A stretch of DNA of 64,000 nucleotides, from assembly GCA_020137815.1 (NCBI GenBank), contig CM035352.1:62001-126000 (forward strand). The letters run 5' to 3'. The DNA is from Hormiphora californensis. Its lineage: Eukaryota; Animalia; Ctenophora. Under the pieces are notes generated by a model, which searched no databases, was not told the DNA's origin, and was given only the letters and a program-made list of their open reading frames with translations. Of this stretch, positions 1 to 12,830 are shown piece after piece. Position 1 is the stretch's first letter, and the number at the start of each line of letters is the position of its first letter. A program made the translations under genes and the position numbers.

Positions 1-391
1 GAGGATGGTGTACCGATACAGCATCCGTTAAAATGTAAGCTCTCTTGCTAACACGTCATAATTTGATGGGGATCACATGACTTACCCTAGGCTTAGAAAA
101 TGGATTACTGTGATTCTTTTGGTGATCCAATTAAGCTCAAACTGGTCCCATTCGAAAGGAAATCGATAGCCAAACAAATTTGTGAAACTTTGGTACCGAA
201 ATATGGTCCCATATTGGTGTTCATTCAATGTTCATTCGGTCGAAAAAAATGAACTTTTATCCAGAGGGCTGAAACTTCGGATTCTTCGAATGAGTACCCA
301 TGCAGACATTGTGTCAAAATATCCGAGTGATTGAAATTAAACTTCTGGGTGAAAAGAAAGCCAACGTACCCTCCCTTTAATTTGGGCCACG

Positions 392-1164
392 CGATAACTA
401 CATCGACCCCTCCCATTGTTCCAGTTTTTGTTACATCTGTTTGGAGCCTCGAAACGACCTCTAAACAGATTTTACTTTTTCACAAACTTTTTTCATCATG
501 GTGTAATCAGCATTTGAAATGTTGCTGATCATAACAAAAGCCGAACTATTTTTTAACTTGGGGTAAAACCATGGGTGTCAAAAGTTAGCTCTAGGTCTCC
601 TGAGTAACCATCTGGAGACTCTAAGAGATATTTCAAGCCGTTCTCCTGTAATCATTAATCCCGGTGGAGACAATAAATACAATATGGACGTACGTGAGCG
701 CTGGCAGGCTTTTACATGTTATTGTATGTCTCTCACTCTCTCTGGAAAAACCGCACGTGCGGTTGCGCCGCGCGAGATAACTCTTTCTCAAGGCGGAGAA
801 AATAGAGACGCACATTAACGTTATGCATTAAAGTTGAGGTTGTAGGCAATTGCACGTACGTCCATACTCAAATATGTGCTCTACCGGGATTAATGATCAC
901 GGGAGAACGGCTTGAAATATCTCTTAGAGTCTCCAGATGGTTACTCAGGAGACCTAGAGCTAACTTTTGACACCCATGGTTTTACCCCACGTTTAAAGAA
1001 AATAGTTCGGTTTTTGTTATGATCAGCAACATTTCAAATGCTGATTACACCATGTATGGTGAAAACAGTTTGTGAAAAAGTAACACCTGTTTAGAGGTCG
1101 AGTCGAGGCACCAAACAGATGTAACAAAAACTGGAACAATTGGGAGGGGTCGATGTAGTTATCG
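392..1164. mobile_element. Foldback MITE with ~300-bp inverted arms
   Basis: 392-~695 is the reverse complement of ~853-1164 (CGATAACTACATCGACCCCTCCCA ... TGGGAGGGGTCGATGTAGTTATCG); the same termini recur at ~60381-60600; TSD not evident. Confidence 0.75.
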
Positions 1165-1744
1165 ACTCTACTATGGTGCCAAGGTAGCTCAAATCATAGG
1201 GCAACCTTTCCGGCCTAGTAATTTCAATTAGTTTTGGTATAATTTGCATAATTTTTGGGTTTTTTTTATATCCATTTAGATATACAGTCGGACCCCGATT
1301 TAGTGGCATCCTCGGGGGAACAAAATCCTGCCACTAAATCGGGGTGCCACTAAATCGGGGTGAGCCATATTTGGCCCATAAAAACCTATTTTATGCCCAA
1401 AATGCTATACTAAGACTAAAGACACCTCTAACTGTTATATGCAATATTCATGTATTGATGATATGATCATTTCTGATTAGAAATATTATAGAAAACTATA
1501 AAATAAATTTTCAAAAAAATTGTGAAAAATTTTCTAAGTTATACCAGCCCGTCCGATTTGTGTTTCGAATCGGTGCAGCTTCCTGGATGTCCTGTCTAAT
1601 TAGCGGGTTCGAAACGAACCGATACGTGATACCATGCCGAATCGGGGCACTCTAAGCGGGTGAAAATGTATCAAAATTTCAAAATAACTTTTTCTCTCAA
1701 AATTTATGGGGAGCCGGGGGGGGGGTTCAGGATAAATGGTTCGG

Positions 1745-2636
1745 ACGTATATGCCACTTAAGGGGGTGGGTGTTTTTTCAAACTTGCCACTTAGTGTTTT
1801 TCGCTAAATGGTCATTTTTTGGCCAGATTTGGTCAATTTTCGGCCAAATTTGGTCAATTTTCGGTAAAAATTGGGATTCTTCGAGGTGGACCTGAAAAAT
1901 TTTCAATTTTCAAAATTCAAATTTCAATTTTCTCACGCGCGAAAATTTTTTCTGGAAATTTTTTGGTTTTGGTCCCAGAAAACAGCCTAAATTTTGCCAT
2001 TTTTTGGGCAAAAAAGCTAGTTTTTCGGTAAATTTTGGGGGTTTAGGGGTCTATTTGGGGTTTGACCACTAAAAAAACTGATTAAGTGGTCAATTTTAGG
2101 GGGTGGGGGGGTCTTTTTGGATTTTGACCACTTAAGCAATTTTTAGGCATATACGTCCGACGGGTACCGGACAGAAACTCGAACGGACGATAACTCGAAC
2201 TCGAACTCGAAAATTTCGGACTATAACTCACTTTTGAAAATGTCGAATTTAGGTGAGTTATAGTCCGGATCAGGTGACTTTCTGTCCGCCCCACTGTTTA
2301 GCACTATTTACGGTGAGTTAGAGTCCGGGCGGACACTAACTCACCTATTCGAGTTGTGGGGGCCAAGGTGAGTTTCTGTCCGCTAAAAATGTCGAAATTC
2401 GACTTTTTGTCCGCCCTCTAAACTCACAAATTCGGACTACAACTCACTTTCGGTAGACAGGGGGAACAAGAGTGACAGGGAAAGGGCGGGAAAATATGTG
2501 AGTTTTTGTCCGCTTAAATAGCGAATTTCGATTTTCTGTCCGGACTAGAACTCACTTCATGCATAGAGAGAAAAAGGCGGGAAGACATGGCGGCGTCGTT
2601 GGCAGAGAGAGGGATGCAAAGTTGTAGAGAGAGCCT

Positions 2637-2672
<36 letters not shown>

Positions 2673-4875
2673 AGAAAGGGCGGGCTAGTTCAGTTCTCGT
2701 TGTTCACTCATACATTGGTTGAGCTCTGCTTCTCTTTGTCTCTCTAGCTCCCGGGCTTAATCCCCATCTCGGATCTCTCATCCAATGAGTCATCCAATGA
2801 GTCATCGTTCATCACCTGCAGTGGTCTGTATCTCCTCTCCAATCTGTTCCCAACCAGCCTAGCTGCATGCTGCAGCTGCTCTCCTACTCAGTGACTCACC
2901 TATCCTTCACTCGACAATCTATCACACCGTTCAAAGAGGAAGAGAGATGGAGAGACAAAGAGAGATGGAGAGACAAAGAGAGCTGTTCATCACTCGCAGT
3001 GGTTTTTTCTCCTCTCCAATCTGTTCCCGACCTGCCTATAGCTACCCACCTATCCTCGACAATCTATCACAGCGAGACCTACTGATTGTGGATCCTTCCT
3101 CCTTATCGACACCATACCCACTATGCAATTACGACTCAAAACTTCTCTCTACTGAGTCCAGTCCGATCCTATAATATGACTCCATCACAGGGGTGGCGGA
3201 ACAAGGGGGGCAGCCGGGGCTATGGCCCCATGTAAAATTTTACCTACCAGGGGCAGCTGGGGCCACTTTCACCGAGACTTTTTCTAACGCTAGGTAAACA
3301 TTTGGCGTTGTATGAGGCTGGCCCAGGATTATGTTCTAAACCGTTTCGTATTACGCTAAACAGAAATTCTGGTAGAAGCAGTTTGTCATACGAGGTGGGA
3401 TAGAGCGGTAGACATCGATCTAATGAGGGTTCGTCTATGATATGTGTGCGTGAGCTAGCCATTCGCCTGAAAGTAATTTATTCTTGAATTGTGATTTAAC
3501 ATTTGCACGACAATGAAACGCTTCTTAGTCAAAGTTGCTCCTCCGTCAGTTCAACCTCCTGCTTCCCTACCTCTCAGTTCAAACCATGAGCATACTGATC
3601 AACCAGTCAGAACGCCAACTCCTCCACTAACTCCTCCACCTACGCCACCAGTTCCCCCTACTCCGCCAGTTCCACCTACACTACCAACTTCTCCTTCATC
3701 ACCCAACGAGTCTTCATGCAGCCTGGATCGATTTTGAGGGTGCTGTTCCTTACTGTTATGTATTATATTATCATATTTTGACTAATGGATTTAAGAACAA
3801 AAAAAACTTTGTTTTTCAATTTGATGTATAGAGGATCCTGAAGTTTGGTGAAACTGTGCGCAACTTGAAAAATTTGAAAATGTCACGTGACCGGTCACGT
3901 GATCAAAATATCTGAAAGTGGCCCCAGCTGAGAAAAATATCTTCCGCCATGCCTGCTCCATCATCTGTTTCTGAAGAGCAGCACGTATATGCCACTTAAG
4001 GGGGTGGGTGTTTTTTCAAACTTGCCACTTAGTGTTTTTCGCTAAATGGTCATTTTTTGGCCAGATTTGGTCAATTTTCGGCCAAATTTGGTCAATTTTC
4101 GGTAAAAATTGGGATTCTTCGAGGTGGACCTGAAAAATTTTCAATTTTCAAAATTCAAATTTCAATTTTCTCACGCGCGAAAATTTTTTCTGGAAATTTT
4201 TTGGTTTTGGTCCCAGAAAACAGCCTAAATTTTGCCATTTTTTGGGCAAAAAAGCTAGTTTTTCGGTAAATTTTGGGGGTTTAGGGGTCTATTTGGGGTT
4301 TGACCACTAAAAAAACTGATTAAGTGGTCAATTTTAGGGGGTGGGGGGGGTCTTTTTGGATTTTGACCACTTAAGCAATTTTTAGGCATATACGTCCGAC
4401 GGGTACCGGACAGAAACTCGAACGGACGATAACTCGAACTCGAACTCGAAAATTTCGGACTATAACTCACTTTTGAAAATGTCGAATTTAGGTGAGTTAT
4501 AGTCCGGATCAGGTGACTTTCTGTCCGCCCCACTGTTTAGCACTATTTACGGTGAGTTAGAGTCCGGGCGGACACTAACTCACCTATTCGAGTTGTGGGG
4601 GCCAAGGTGAGTTTCTGTCCGCTAAAAATGTCGAAATTCGACTTTTTGTCCGCCCTCTAAACTCACAAATTCGGACTACAACTCACTTTCGGTAGACAGG
4701 GGGAACAAGAGTGACAGGGAAAGGGCGGGAAAATATGTGAGTTTTTGTCCGCTTAAATAGCGAATTTCGATTTTCTGTCCGGACTAGAACTCACTTCATG
4801 CATAGAGAGAAAAAGGCGGGAAGACATGGCGGCGTCGTTGGCAGAGAGAGGGATGCAAAGTTGTAGAGAGAGCCT

Positions 4876-4909
<34 letters not shown>

Positions 4910-5446
4910 AGAAAGGGCGGGCTAGTTCAGTTCTCGTTGTTCACTCATACATTGGTTGAGCTCTGCTTCTCTTTGTCTCTCTAGCTCCCGGGCTTAATCC
5001 CCATCTCGGATCTCTCATCCAATGAGTCATCCAATGAGTCATCGTTCATCACCTGCAGTGGTCTGTATCTCCTCTCCAATCTGTTCCCAACCAGCCTAGC
5101 TGCATGCTGCAGCTGCTCTCCTACTCAGTGACTCACCTATCCTTCACTCGACAATCTATCACACCGTTCAAAGAGGAAGAGAGATGGAGAGACAAAGAGA
5201 GATGGAGAGACAAAGAGAGCTGTTCATCACTCGCAGTGGTTTTTTCTCCTCTCCAATCTGTTCCCGACCTGCCTATAGCTACCCACCTATCCTCGACAAT
5301 CTATCACAGCGAGACCTACTGATTGTGGATCCTTCCTCCTTATCGACACCATACCCACTATGCAATTACGACTCAAAACTTCTCTCTACTGAGTCCAGTC
5401 CGATCCTATAATATGACTCCATCATCTGTTTCTGAAGAGCAGCACG
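1745..5446 (+). repeat. Near-identical tandem duplication (copy 1 1745-3982, copy 2 3983-5446)
   Basis: Identical ORFs at offset ~2238 (1819/4057, 2867/5104); ACG microhomology at the junction; copy 1 carries an extra hAT insertion. Confidence 0.95.
3188..3955 (+). mobile_element. hAT-type non-autonomous element (deletion derivative)
   Basis: TIRs CAGGGGTGGCGGAA / TTCCGCCATGCCTG; 8-bp TSD CTCCATCA (3180-3187, 3956-3963); empty site in the duplicate at ~5417; Pro-rich ORF 3513-3737 may be a transposase N-terminal remnant. Confidence 0.9.
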
Positions 5447-7317
5447 GAGAGAGGGAAAGAGGGAAAGAGAGAGCGAGAGAGAAAAAGAGAGAGGAAGGGA
5501 GGTAGAGATAGAGAGAGGGAAAGAGAGATATGAAGGGAGATAGAGAAAGGGATGGGAGATGGGTTTTACAGTGTATTTATGTCAACCACTCAACTTGTTT
5601 CTCTTGTAATTATGATAGCTAGCACAAAAAAAACTCAAAACTCCTGTTTGTAAACCTATTTCATTGGCCGGACAGAAACTCACCTGCCATGGAAAATGAA
5701 AATGTCACCAGAATTTTCGACATTTTCGTAGTTTTAGCAAGTGAGTTTCTGTCCGCCAACTCGAAACAAAATTCGAGTTATTGTCCGCATAACTCACCTA
5801 GGTGAGTTTAAATTTCGAGATTTTGTCCTAGCTATCGACTTTTTGTCCTAGCAAAAAGTCGAAAATAATGCGGACAGAAAGTCACCAGAAAAAAAAAGTA
5901 GACGCCAATTTTCGGACAATAACTCACTTTCGAGTTACTGTCCAGGTGAGTTACAGTCCTAAAGCCCGTCCGACCACTTAATCCTGAACCCCCCCCCCCC
6001 GGGGGAGCACCGATCAAAGCATTGACAATCGTACTGTAAAATTTTGCAAAAAAAGTTTTAAATTTTTATAGGTATACCAGCCACGTCCGAATCGTGTTTC
6101 GTATCGGTGCATCTTATCGCATGTCCTGCTTCTAATTAGACGGTTCGGAACGAATCGAAACGTGATCCCCATCGAATCGAAATTTTGACGCTTGGTGAAC
6201 TTATGATTCAATGGCCCCATGGGATCACGTATCAATTCGTTCCAAACCGTCTAATTAGCAGCAGGACATGCGATAAGATTCACTGATTCGAAACACGATT
6301 CGGACGTGGCTGGTATTCCTTTGAAAAATTTTCAAAAAATTTTCAAAAAAAAATTCACAAAAAAAATTCAGAAAAGTTTTTGGGGGAAAAAAATCCTGCC
6401 ACTAAATCGGGGTGCCACTAAATCGGGGGCCACTAAATCGGGGTCCGACTGTAGTAGAACAGGTATGGAGAAGATGGAATGAAAATTGAAAATTTTTCAT
6501 TTTGACGTCACGACATTATGACGTCATATCATCGGGATTACCTAGATGAAGAACTGACCAAGTCTGAGATCGATTGACGTCTAAACAACGTCTCGCGATT
6601 CAGAATCAAATACCGTCTAGTCACTTCTCACATATCACTTATCAGTTTCGTTTGAAAAGCTCGCTCCTGATAGTTTTTTGATCTTGCACCGTTGTACACG
6701 CGAACGAGCATGGCCTCCAAGTTGGATCGTGCCTTCACTATCTGGCAGAATAGCGGCCCGGATAACAAAGCTACTAATGCTGAATACAGCAGGCTGGAGA
6801 TGTCCATCGTACCTACCTTGAGACGAGTCGGTGGGTACCCTGACCCTAACAAGGAAGGTGGCACGTTTGACCCGAACAAGCTGACCACCACCTATCTCTC
6901 AACTATAGATACCAACAAGAAAGTTAGTTTAATTTCTGATATGGCGGGCTTGCTTTGGTATCGTGCTCTCCCTCTCAGTCGGTTAGCTAAGAAGAACTTG
7001 TCAGATGACATGCGATCGGTTCAGAACAGTTCTGTGTGTAGCGATGAATCAAAAGAGAAGGTAGAGAAGCTTATGGAGCATCTGGACCACACCCGTACGG
7101 TGGCAGATTCCGGCCAAGTGTTTTTTAGTCAAGTGAAATGTTTTTGCTTGAAGTTTTATAAAAATTTTATTTCAAAATAAAAATTAACATGTCGTTAAAA
7201 TTATTGGCCGGAATCTGCCACGCGAGTGGCAGATCTCGGCCAAGATTCTAAAAAAACCTTGGCCAGAATCTGCCAACCACGTGGCAGATTCCGGCCAACA
7301 AACTTTAACTTACTTAA

Positions 7318-8329
7318 GGCCAGAGGGGGGGGTCGACCGATTTTTGACCCCCATTTTGGGCCATTTGTGGGGTTACCATCATGTGATAGCGCTTGGCACA
7401 CCGGACCAGATGGATATGACAGAATCGATTTTGCGCGAACGGTCTGGGAGAAAAATGGGGTTAACTTTTGGCCTGAAATCAATGTAAACCCCATTATTCT
7501 AGGACTGGTAGGGTTTGGAACACCCAATCGAGTGTTAAACACTTTGTCTTATCAAGAGGGATCACTCTGCAAAGTTTTACACCATTTGTCCAACTGGTCT
7601 TTGAATTATTTGGGGTTTACAAAATCCGGAAAAATCGACATTATGGCTCCCATATACACCCCATTTTTTCACATGGTTAACCACTTTCTGAGAAAACGGC
7701 TAAGATCTAGACCTTGTCGTTTGGCATACTTGTTCTACAGACCAAGGAGCATGAAACATATGTAGCGATTTTTGATTAAGGCCCTCATTCAAAAATTATG
7801 GGGGTTTACATAATATTTTTCCCGACCAAACATTTGTAAACCCCCATAATTTTTGAATGAGGGCCTTAATCAAAAATCGCTACATATGTTTCATGCTCCT
7901 TGGTCTGTAGAACAAGTATGCCAAACGACAAGGTCTAGATCTTAGCCGTTTTCTCAGAAAGTGGTTAACCATGTGAAAAAATGGGGTGTATATGGGAGCC
8001 ATAATGTCGATTTTTCCGGATTTTGTAAACCCCAAATAATTCAAAGACCAGTTGGACAAATGGTGTAAAACTTTGCAGAGTGATCCCTCTTGATAAGACA
8101 AAGTGTTTAACACTCGATTGGGTGTTCCAAACCCTACCAGTCCTAGAATAATGGGGTTTACATTGATTTCAGGCCAAAAGTTAACCCCAATTTTCTCCCA
8201 GACCGTTCGCGCAAAATCGATTCTGTCATATCCATCTGGTCCGGTGTGCCAAGCGCTATCACATGATGGTAACCCCAAAAATGGCCCAAAATAGGGGTCA
8301 AAAATCGGTCGACCCCCCCCCCTCTGGCC
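7318..8329. mobile_element. ~1-kb near-perfect foldback MITE, TTAA TSD (Kolobok-like)
   Basis: ttaa|GGCCAGAGGGGG...CCCCCTCTGGCC|ttaa; ~495-bp arms with a loop at ~7811-7834; mirrored ORFs 7226+/7880- arise from the palindrome. Confidence 0.9.
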
Positions 8330-8333
8330 TTAA

Positions 8334-8559
8334 AGGTCCCCCCAAACTACTATGTCCCTTGCTGCGCGCGACCGGATTTTAGACGGCCATAGCTCCACCC
8401 CCTGATAAGATAGAGACTTGAAATTTGTTTTGTGAGGAGATCATGTCGAGTTCTTCCTACAAAACAAATTTCAAGTCTCTATCTCATCAGAGAGTGGAGT
8501 TATGACCCTGGGAAATTTTACAAAACCCGAGTGAGGGACATAGTAGTTTGGGGTGTACT
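8334..8559. mobile_element. Kolobok-like MITE (~225 bp)
   Basis: TIR AGGTCCCCCCAAACTACTATGTCCCT / AGGGACATAGTAGTTTGGGGTGTACT, flanked by TTAA/TTAT; other copies at 36205-36430 and 52098-52309, and a longer variant from 41440. Confidence 0.8.
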
Positions 8560-10848
8560 TTATATCAAAGCGAAAACCGCTGTACCGGACTAATTTTGAT
8601 ACGCTGAATCACGTGAGCAACTTTTCCAATCCCTCGGAGGTCGGGATAGTGTCCTAATTGAGCAATTAAGGCCAATTAGACCCAATCATACTAAATTAAG
8701 GCAAATTCCCGACCTCGGAGGGCTTGGAAAAGTTGCTTACGTGATTCAGCGTATCAAAATTAGTCGGAAAAGTGCCTTCACATAAGCGTCTATCGTTTCC
8801 AGGTGAAAAGTTGTAAGTGGGGTCAATTATACCCTATTATGCTCAAAAAATATTTCACTTGATTGAAAAAAACTCTTTGCCGGAATCTGCCACCGTACAC
8901 CCGAGACCGTCTTGACAGTGCTACAGATTTGTTATTAGAACGTGATTCTAAGATCATTGAACTGCAATCAGAGATCAGTGCCCTGAAAGACTCGATCATA
9001 TCCATGAAAGATACCATGATAGAGATCAGAAGAGCGTAACCGCTGTACAGACAGTTGTAATGGACGAGATTCAGAACTACGCCAGAAGACCAGCTAAGTG
9101 ACAGTACTTTAGTCAAGGATCTATTTGGACATTTGTCTGAAGCACCAGTGTTATCAGAGGTGGCACGACTTGGTAAAAGAGGTGGTGAGGGAGTTCGGCC
9201 AGTATGGGTAGTGCTGAGGAACAGAGAGATTGCTAGGAATATTTTGGGGAAATCAGCGACGCTGAAGGACTATGACCAGTATCAGTCAGTGTTTGTTGCA
9301 TCGGACAGATCAGTAGAAGAGAGAGCAGAGAGAAAATAATAAGTTACTAAACTGAGAGAGAGAGAAGAGAAAATGAACCTGATAAAGTGTGGAGGATTAG
9401 AAGAGGCTATATTGTAGAGAGTGAGACGTGAGAAGTGTTGCGAGAGATTAGAGAGATAGAGATTGATGAGTTAACTTTTTGAGATACGGATTTGTTTTAT
9501 GTTTTATAATTTTGTTATGGTTTTCAGTTTTGTAAAGATGCATAGGATTACCTACAACTATGGCTCATGCAACTATGGCTCATAGAAATGTGATCTGATT
9601 AGGTTCTATGAGCCAAAGCTAGTGAGAGTGAGAGGGACACATGAGTGACACGTGAGTGGCACGTGAGAGATCGACTCATATAATATTGAATGAGCACAAT
9701 ATGAATAATGAGCACAAATGTAAACGATTTACATAATAATAAATCTAATATTACATAATTAAAATTACACTATCAGTTCATCTTGGATATTTAAATGGTA
9801 AAAGGGGTCCTTCTTTGGACAGTTCAGGTTTTCACGTGATGTACCTCCTTAAGATGGTTGTTAAATCTATGTCGGGGGTCTCAGCCGCCTGGGCTTTGCA
9901 TACTAGACGCACGAAAAATCTCATAGGATCTGATTTAGTAAGTGTATGTTAGGATATCCATCTTCACTGACTAGGATTTACGACATCACAATCTCAATAA
10001 CTCCCGTCTCACCGCCAACTTCTCTACTTTTCCATACTGGGGGATTAAATCCTCAACACCAAACGACTCTAGGAGAACAACAGGGTAAGAGTTTAAACAG
10101 AACGAGAAATTTATAAGACTGAAGACAGCGGGAGTATGACTTTTATAAGTTTGAATCGGCCTGATCACATACCTAAAAGAACTCGACTAGCGATACAACC
10201 GCCTGCCTTCGAACGATACCGTACTAAGATGATCTGCATTCATTAGTTACTGATAGTGTACAGGCTCCCTAATCCAGTACTATACATTTGAATCTTGCCC
10301 GTAGTGACACGGTACAGCATGACACAATGGATCGTCTTCACTATCTGAGAATAGTCCAGTCGATATAAAACTACACTATCGTTCAATCGGAGTTGAGATG
10401 TAAGGTCCTTTTGGACAGTGTCATAGACCTTTTACCTATAAAGAAGCACTCCTTAACCGACATCAAATACCAACCTACTTCATACTCTACCCCCGAAGTT
10501 ATCATATCAGATCCAGTAAAGCCTTCCATGGTTCTGATTTCGAAATGTCAAGGTAGGTTACCCTAAGAAATTGCAATGGCTAGTTTGATCATTCTGTGTG
10601 TCCAATAATCACAGAGTAGCTCTGTCCAAATTATCGGACTCTGCCACACCCTGTCGGGGCAGATCCGCCATGCTGATTTAAAAGCCCATTGTGAAGTTTT
10701 CATGGGGTTTAAAAATTTGGTAGTTAAGAGAAATTAACGTAGTGCGGTTAAAATTATGCCAGTAAAGCTGGCACCAGGGTCACATACTAAAATCCATGCT
10801 AGTACATCCTCAAATTAATTTGTTTAAAGCAGTGCTGAAAAGCCCGAA

Positions 10849-11773
10849 AGTGACGTCGATAACAATTATAGCTAGTGAATCCACTAACAAATTCTAATGA
10901 GCGGGATGGATATGTGACAGTGTCACATATCCACCCCCCTCACTGACACGATTCTGGGATGCGTCATTAGCAGAGTGAAACGATACGAGATACGATACTT
11001 ATGATTCGGGGGAGCTCATTAGCAGTGTGAGACGATACGGTATGTGGAACATGATTCGGGAGAAGCTTATTAGGAGTGTTAGACGATATGAGACACGATT
11101 CGGAGAATGTTTTATCGCTCTTTCTATCTAACTCTATCTCTTTTTGTCAATTATCTTGAGAACCAGATGAGATACCTACCCATGATACTAATGCAAGGAA
11201 GCTACAAACTTTGGTGCCCTTACTTTTGTCCATACTCCTTTTCCTTTTTTATCTGGATGTCGACTCAGCCCCGTTGTTTTTAGGGGGATATGTTGTTGTT
11301 TTAGATGGAATGGTTTGAATTTGGTCTGTTTGGCAAGACTCGAAAATAAATAAAACCCAACGCATTCCATCTACACCACCCAACCGTCTGGCACTAAACT
11401 CACCAAGTGTGTAGCGTCAGCTCGCATTTCTCTCATCTGGTTCTCAAGTCCAAGATAACTGACAAAAAGAGATGGAGATAGATATAGATAGATAGAAAGA
11501 GCGATAAAACATTCTCCGAATCGTGTTTCATTTTATCGTCTAACACTTCTAATAAGCTTCCCCGAATCATGTTCCACGTCCTGTATCGTCTCACACTGCT
11601 AATGAGCTCCCCCGAATCATAAGTTTCGTATCTCGTATCGTTTCACTCTGCTAATGACGCATCCCAGAATCGTGTCAGTGAGGGGGGTGGATATGTGACA
11701 GTGTCACATATCCATCCCGCTCATTAGAATTTGATTAGTGGATTCACTAGCTATAATTGTTATCGACGTCACT
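10849..11773. repeat. Foldback palindrome with ~320-bp arms
   Basis: AGTGACGTCGATAACAATTATAGC... at 10849 mirrors ...GCTATAATTGTTATCGACGTCACT ending 11773. Confidence 0.85.
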
Positions 11774-12830
11774 AACAACACTACAACGTTCAACGAGTAC
11801 CGGGAGGTTTTGGAAGAGTGAAAGATCAAAAACTTTAGCCAGGCAATTTCTGGGAACATCCTACCTATACTACTTTCTCGAAAATCAGACCTGTTGGAGA
11901 GTTTTTTACTGTGGATCCTGATAGTGATAATGCAAGGCGGCTGTTTAGTACCTACCCGATCATATGAACTGTCCAAAGAAGGACCCCTTTTACCGTTTAA
12001 ATATCCAAGATGAACTGATAGTGTAATCATACTACTTACTAAGCAAATTGTGTGACACATGTCACCTAGCAACTACACTTGCACGTGCAATTATTAGAGG
12101 GACTTGGAGATCTCTCTCCCGGTTGCAGTTGGGTACCAAGGGGAAATTCAATTCTGCACGTGCATTCTTTTACTTCTGTCCTGATGTCTAGCTCTTCCAC
12201 CCTAAGCGCTATTCAGCAACGTTTATCTAGGTCTGCAGCTGTGAACTGCTGCTGTCAGGGAGCAGGCTAGAGAATATGACAGATTACGCCAACGTGTTCA
12301 AGCGAGCTAATCAACGACTACTGATAACTTTACCCAACGTCGCCCAACGGCGATTACTCAAGTCGAATATAGAAATCTCCGAATCGTCTACAAAGCGGCC
12401 AAGTTTTCACGTGATGAGTTTCTGGAACAGTATTGCACCTCCCTTGATCTCTTAAATTCGCACCTTGACATTGTCAGGAAGCCCAGAGCGTACACCAACA
12501 TGGGTAGGGACGGATGGTGCAGGTGATGTCAGCGTTCCCTAATCCAGCTACCATTTCCCCGAAATTCGCCCGTAGGGCGAACAGGCCTACTAGTTTTAAT
12601 TATGTTATATTAGATTTATTATTATGTAAATCGTTTACGCTGTGCCAACCTTGAGGGGCTGGTTTCACCGTCCGCGGCATCCGTGTTTTATTAACATTTG
12701 ATTTGAACACCTGAATCAACATCGTTTTCCTGAATGCCTGAACCCACCCTAACACACGCGAGACCAGTTTGGAGGTCACCCAGTGGCCCCCACTCCAATC
12801 ATTAAATCGTTTACATTTGTGCTCATTATT

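Larger units (their letters stand above)
1715..6001. mobile_element. Non-autonomous TIR element with poly-G termini and 7-bp TSD
   Basis: CG(10)TTCAGGAT...GGACG matches CGTCC...ATCCTGAAC(12)G; GGGGAGC at 1708-1714 and 6002-6008; subterminal GGAC-AACTCAC motifs; related fragment at ~16070-16430. Confidence 0.8.
1285..6451. mobile_element. Tc1/mariner-pogo-type non-autonomous element hosting nested insertions
   Basis: TIRs CAGTCGGACCCCGATTTAGTGG / CCACTAAATCGGGGTCCGACTG with TA on both sides; interrupts a repeat whose intact form (CCATTTAGATGTAGTAGAAC) is at 55741. Confidence 0.9.
7096..8897. mobile_element. IS3EU-like non-autonomous DNA transposon
   Basis: TIRs TACGGTGGCAGATTCCGG / CCGGAATCTGCCACCGTA (TAY..RTA termini); 6-bp TSD CACCCG at 7090-7095 and 8898-8903. 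Confidence 0.8.
6710..9431 (+). pseudogene. CR1/L2-type LINE ORF1, interrupted and decayed
   Basis: MASKLDRA...HLDHTR continues in frame as DRLDSATDLLLERDSKIIELQSEISALK (coiled coil) once 7096-8903 is removed; downstream RLGK..RPVWVVLRN...VFVASDRSVEER is typical of LINE ORF1 RRM/CTD. Confidence 0.75.

Noticed and set aside
7226-8278. Mirror-image ORFs of 179 and 132 aa
   Set aside because: They are the two arms of a non-coding foldback MITE; no protein motif
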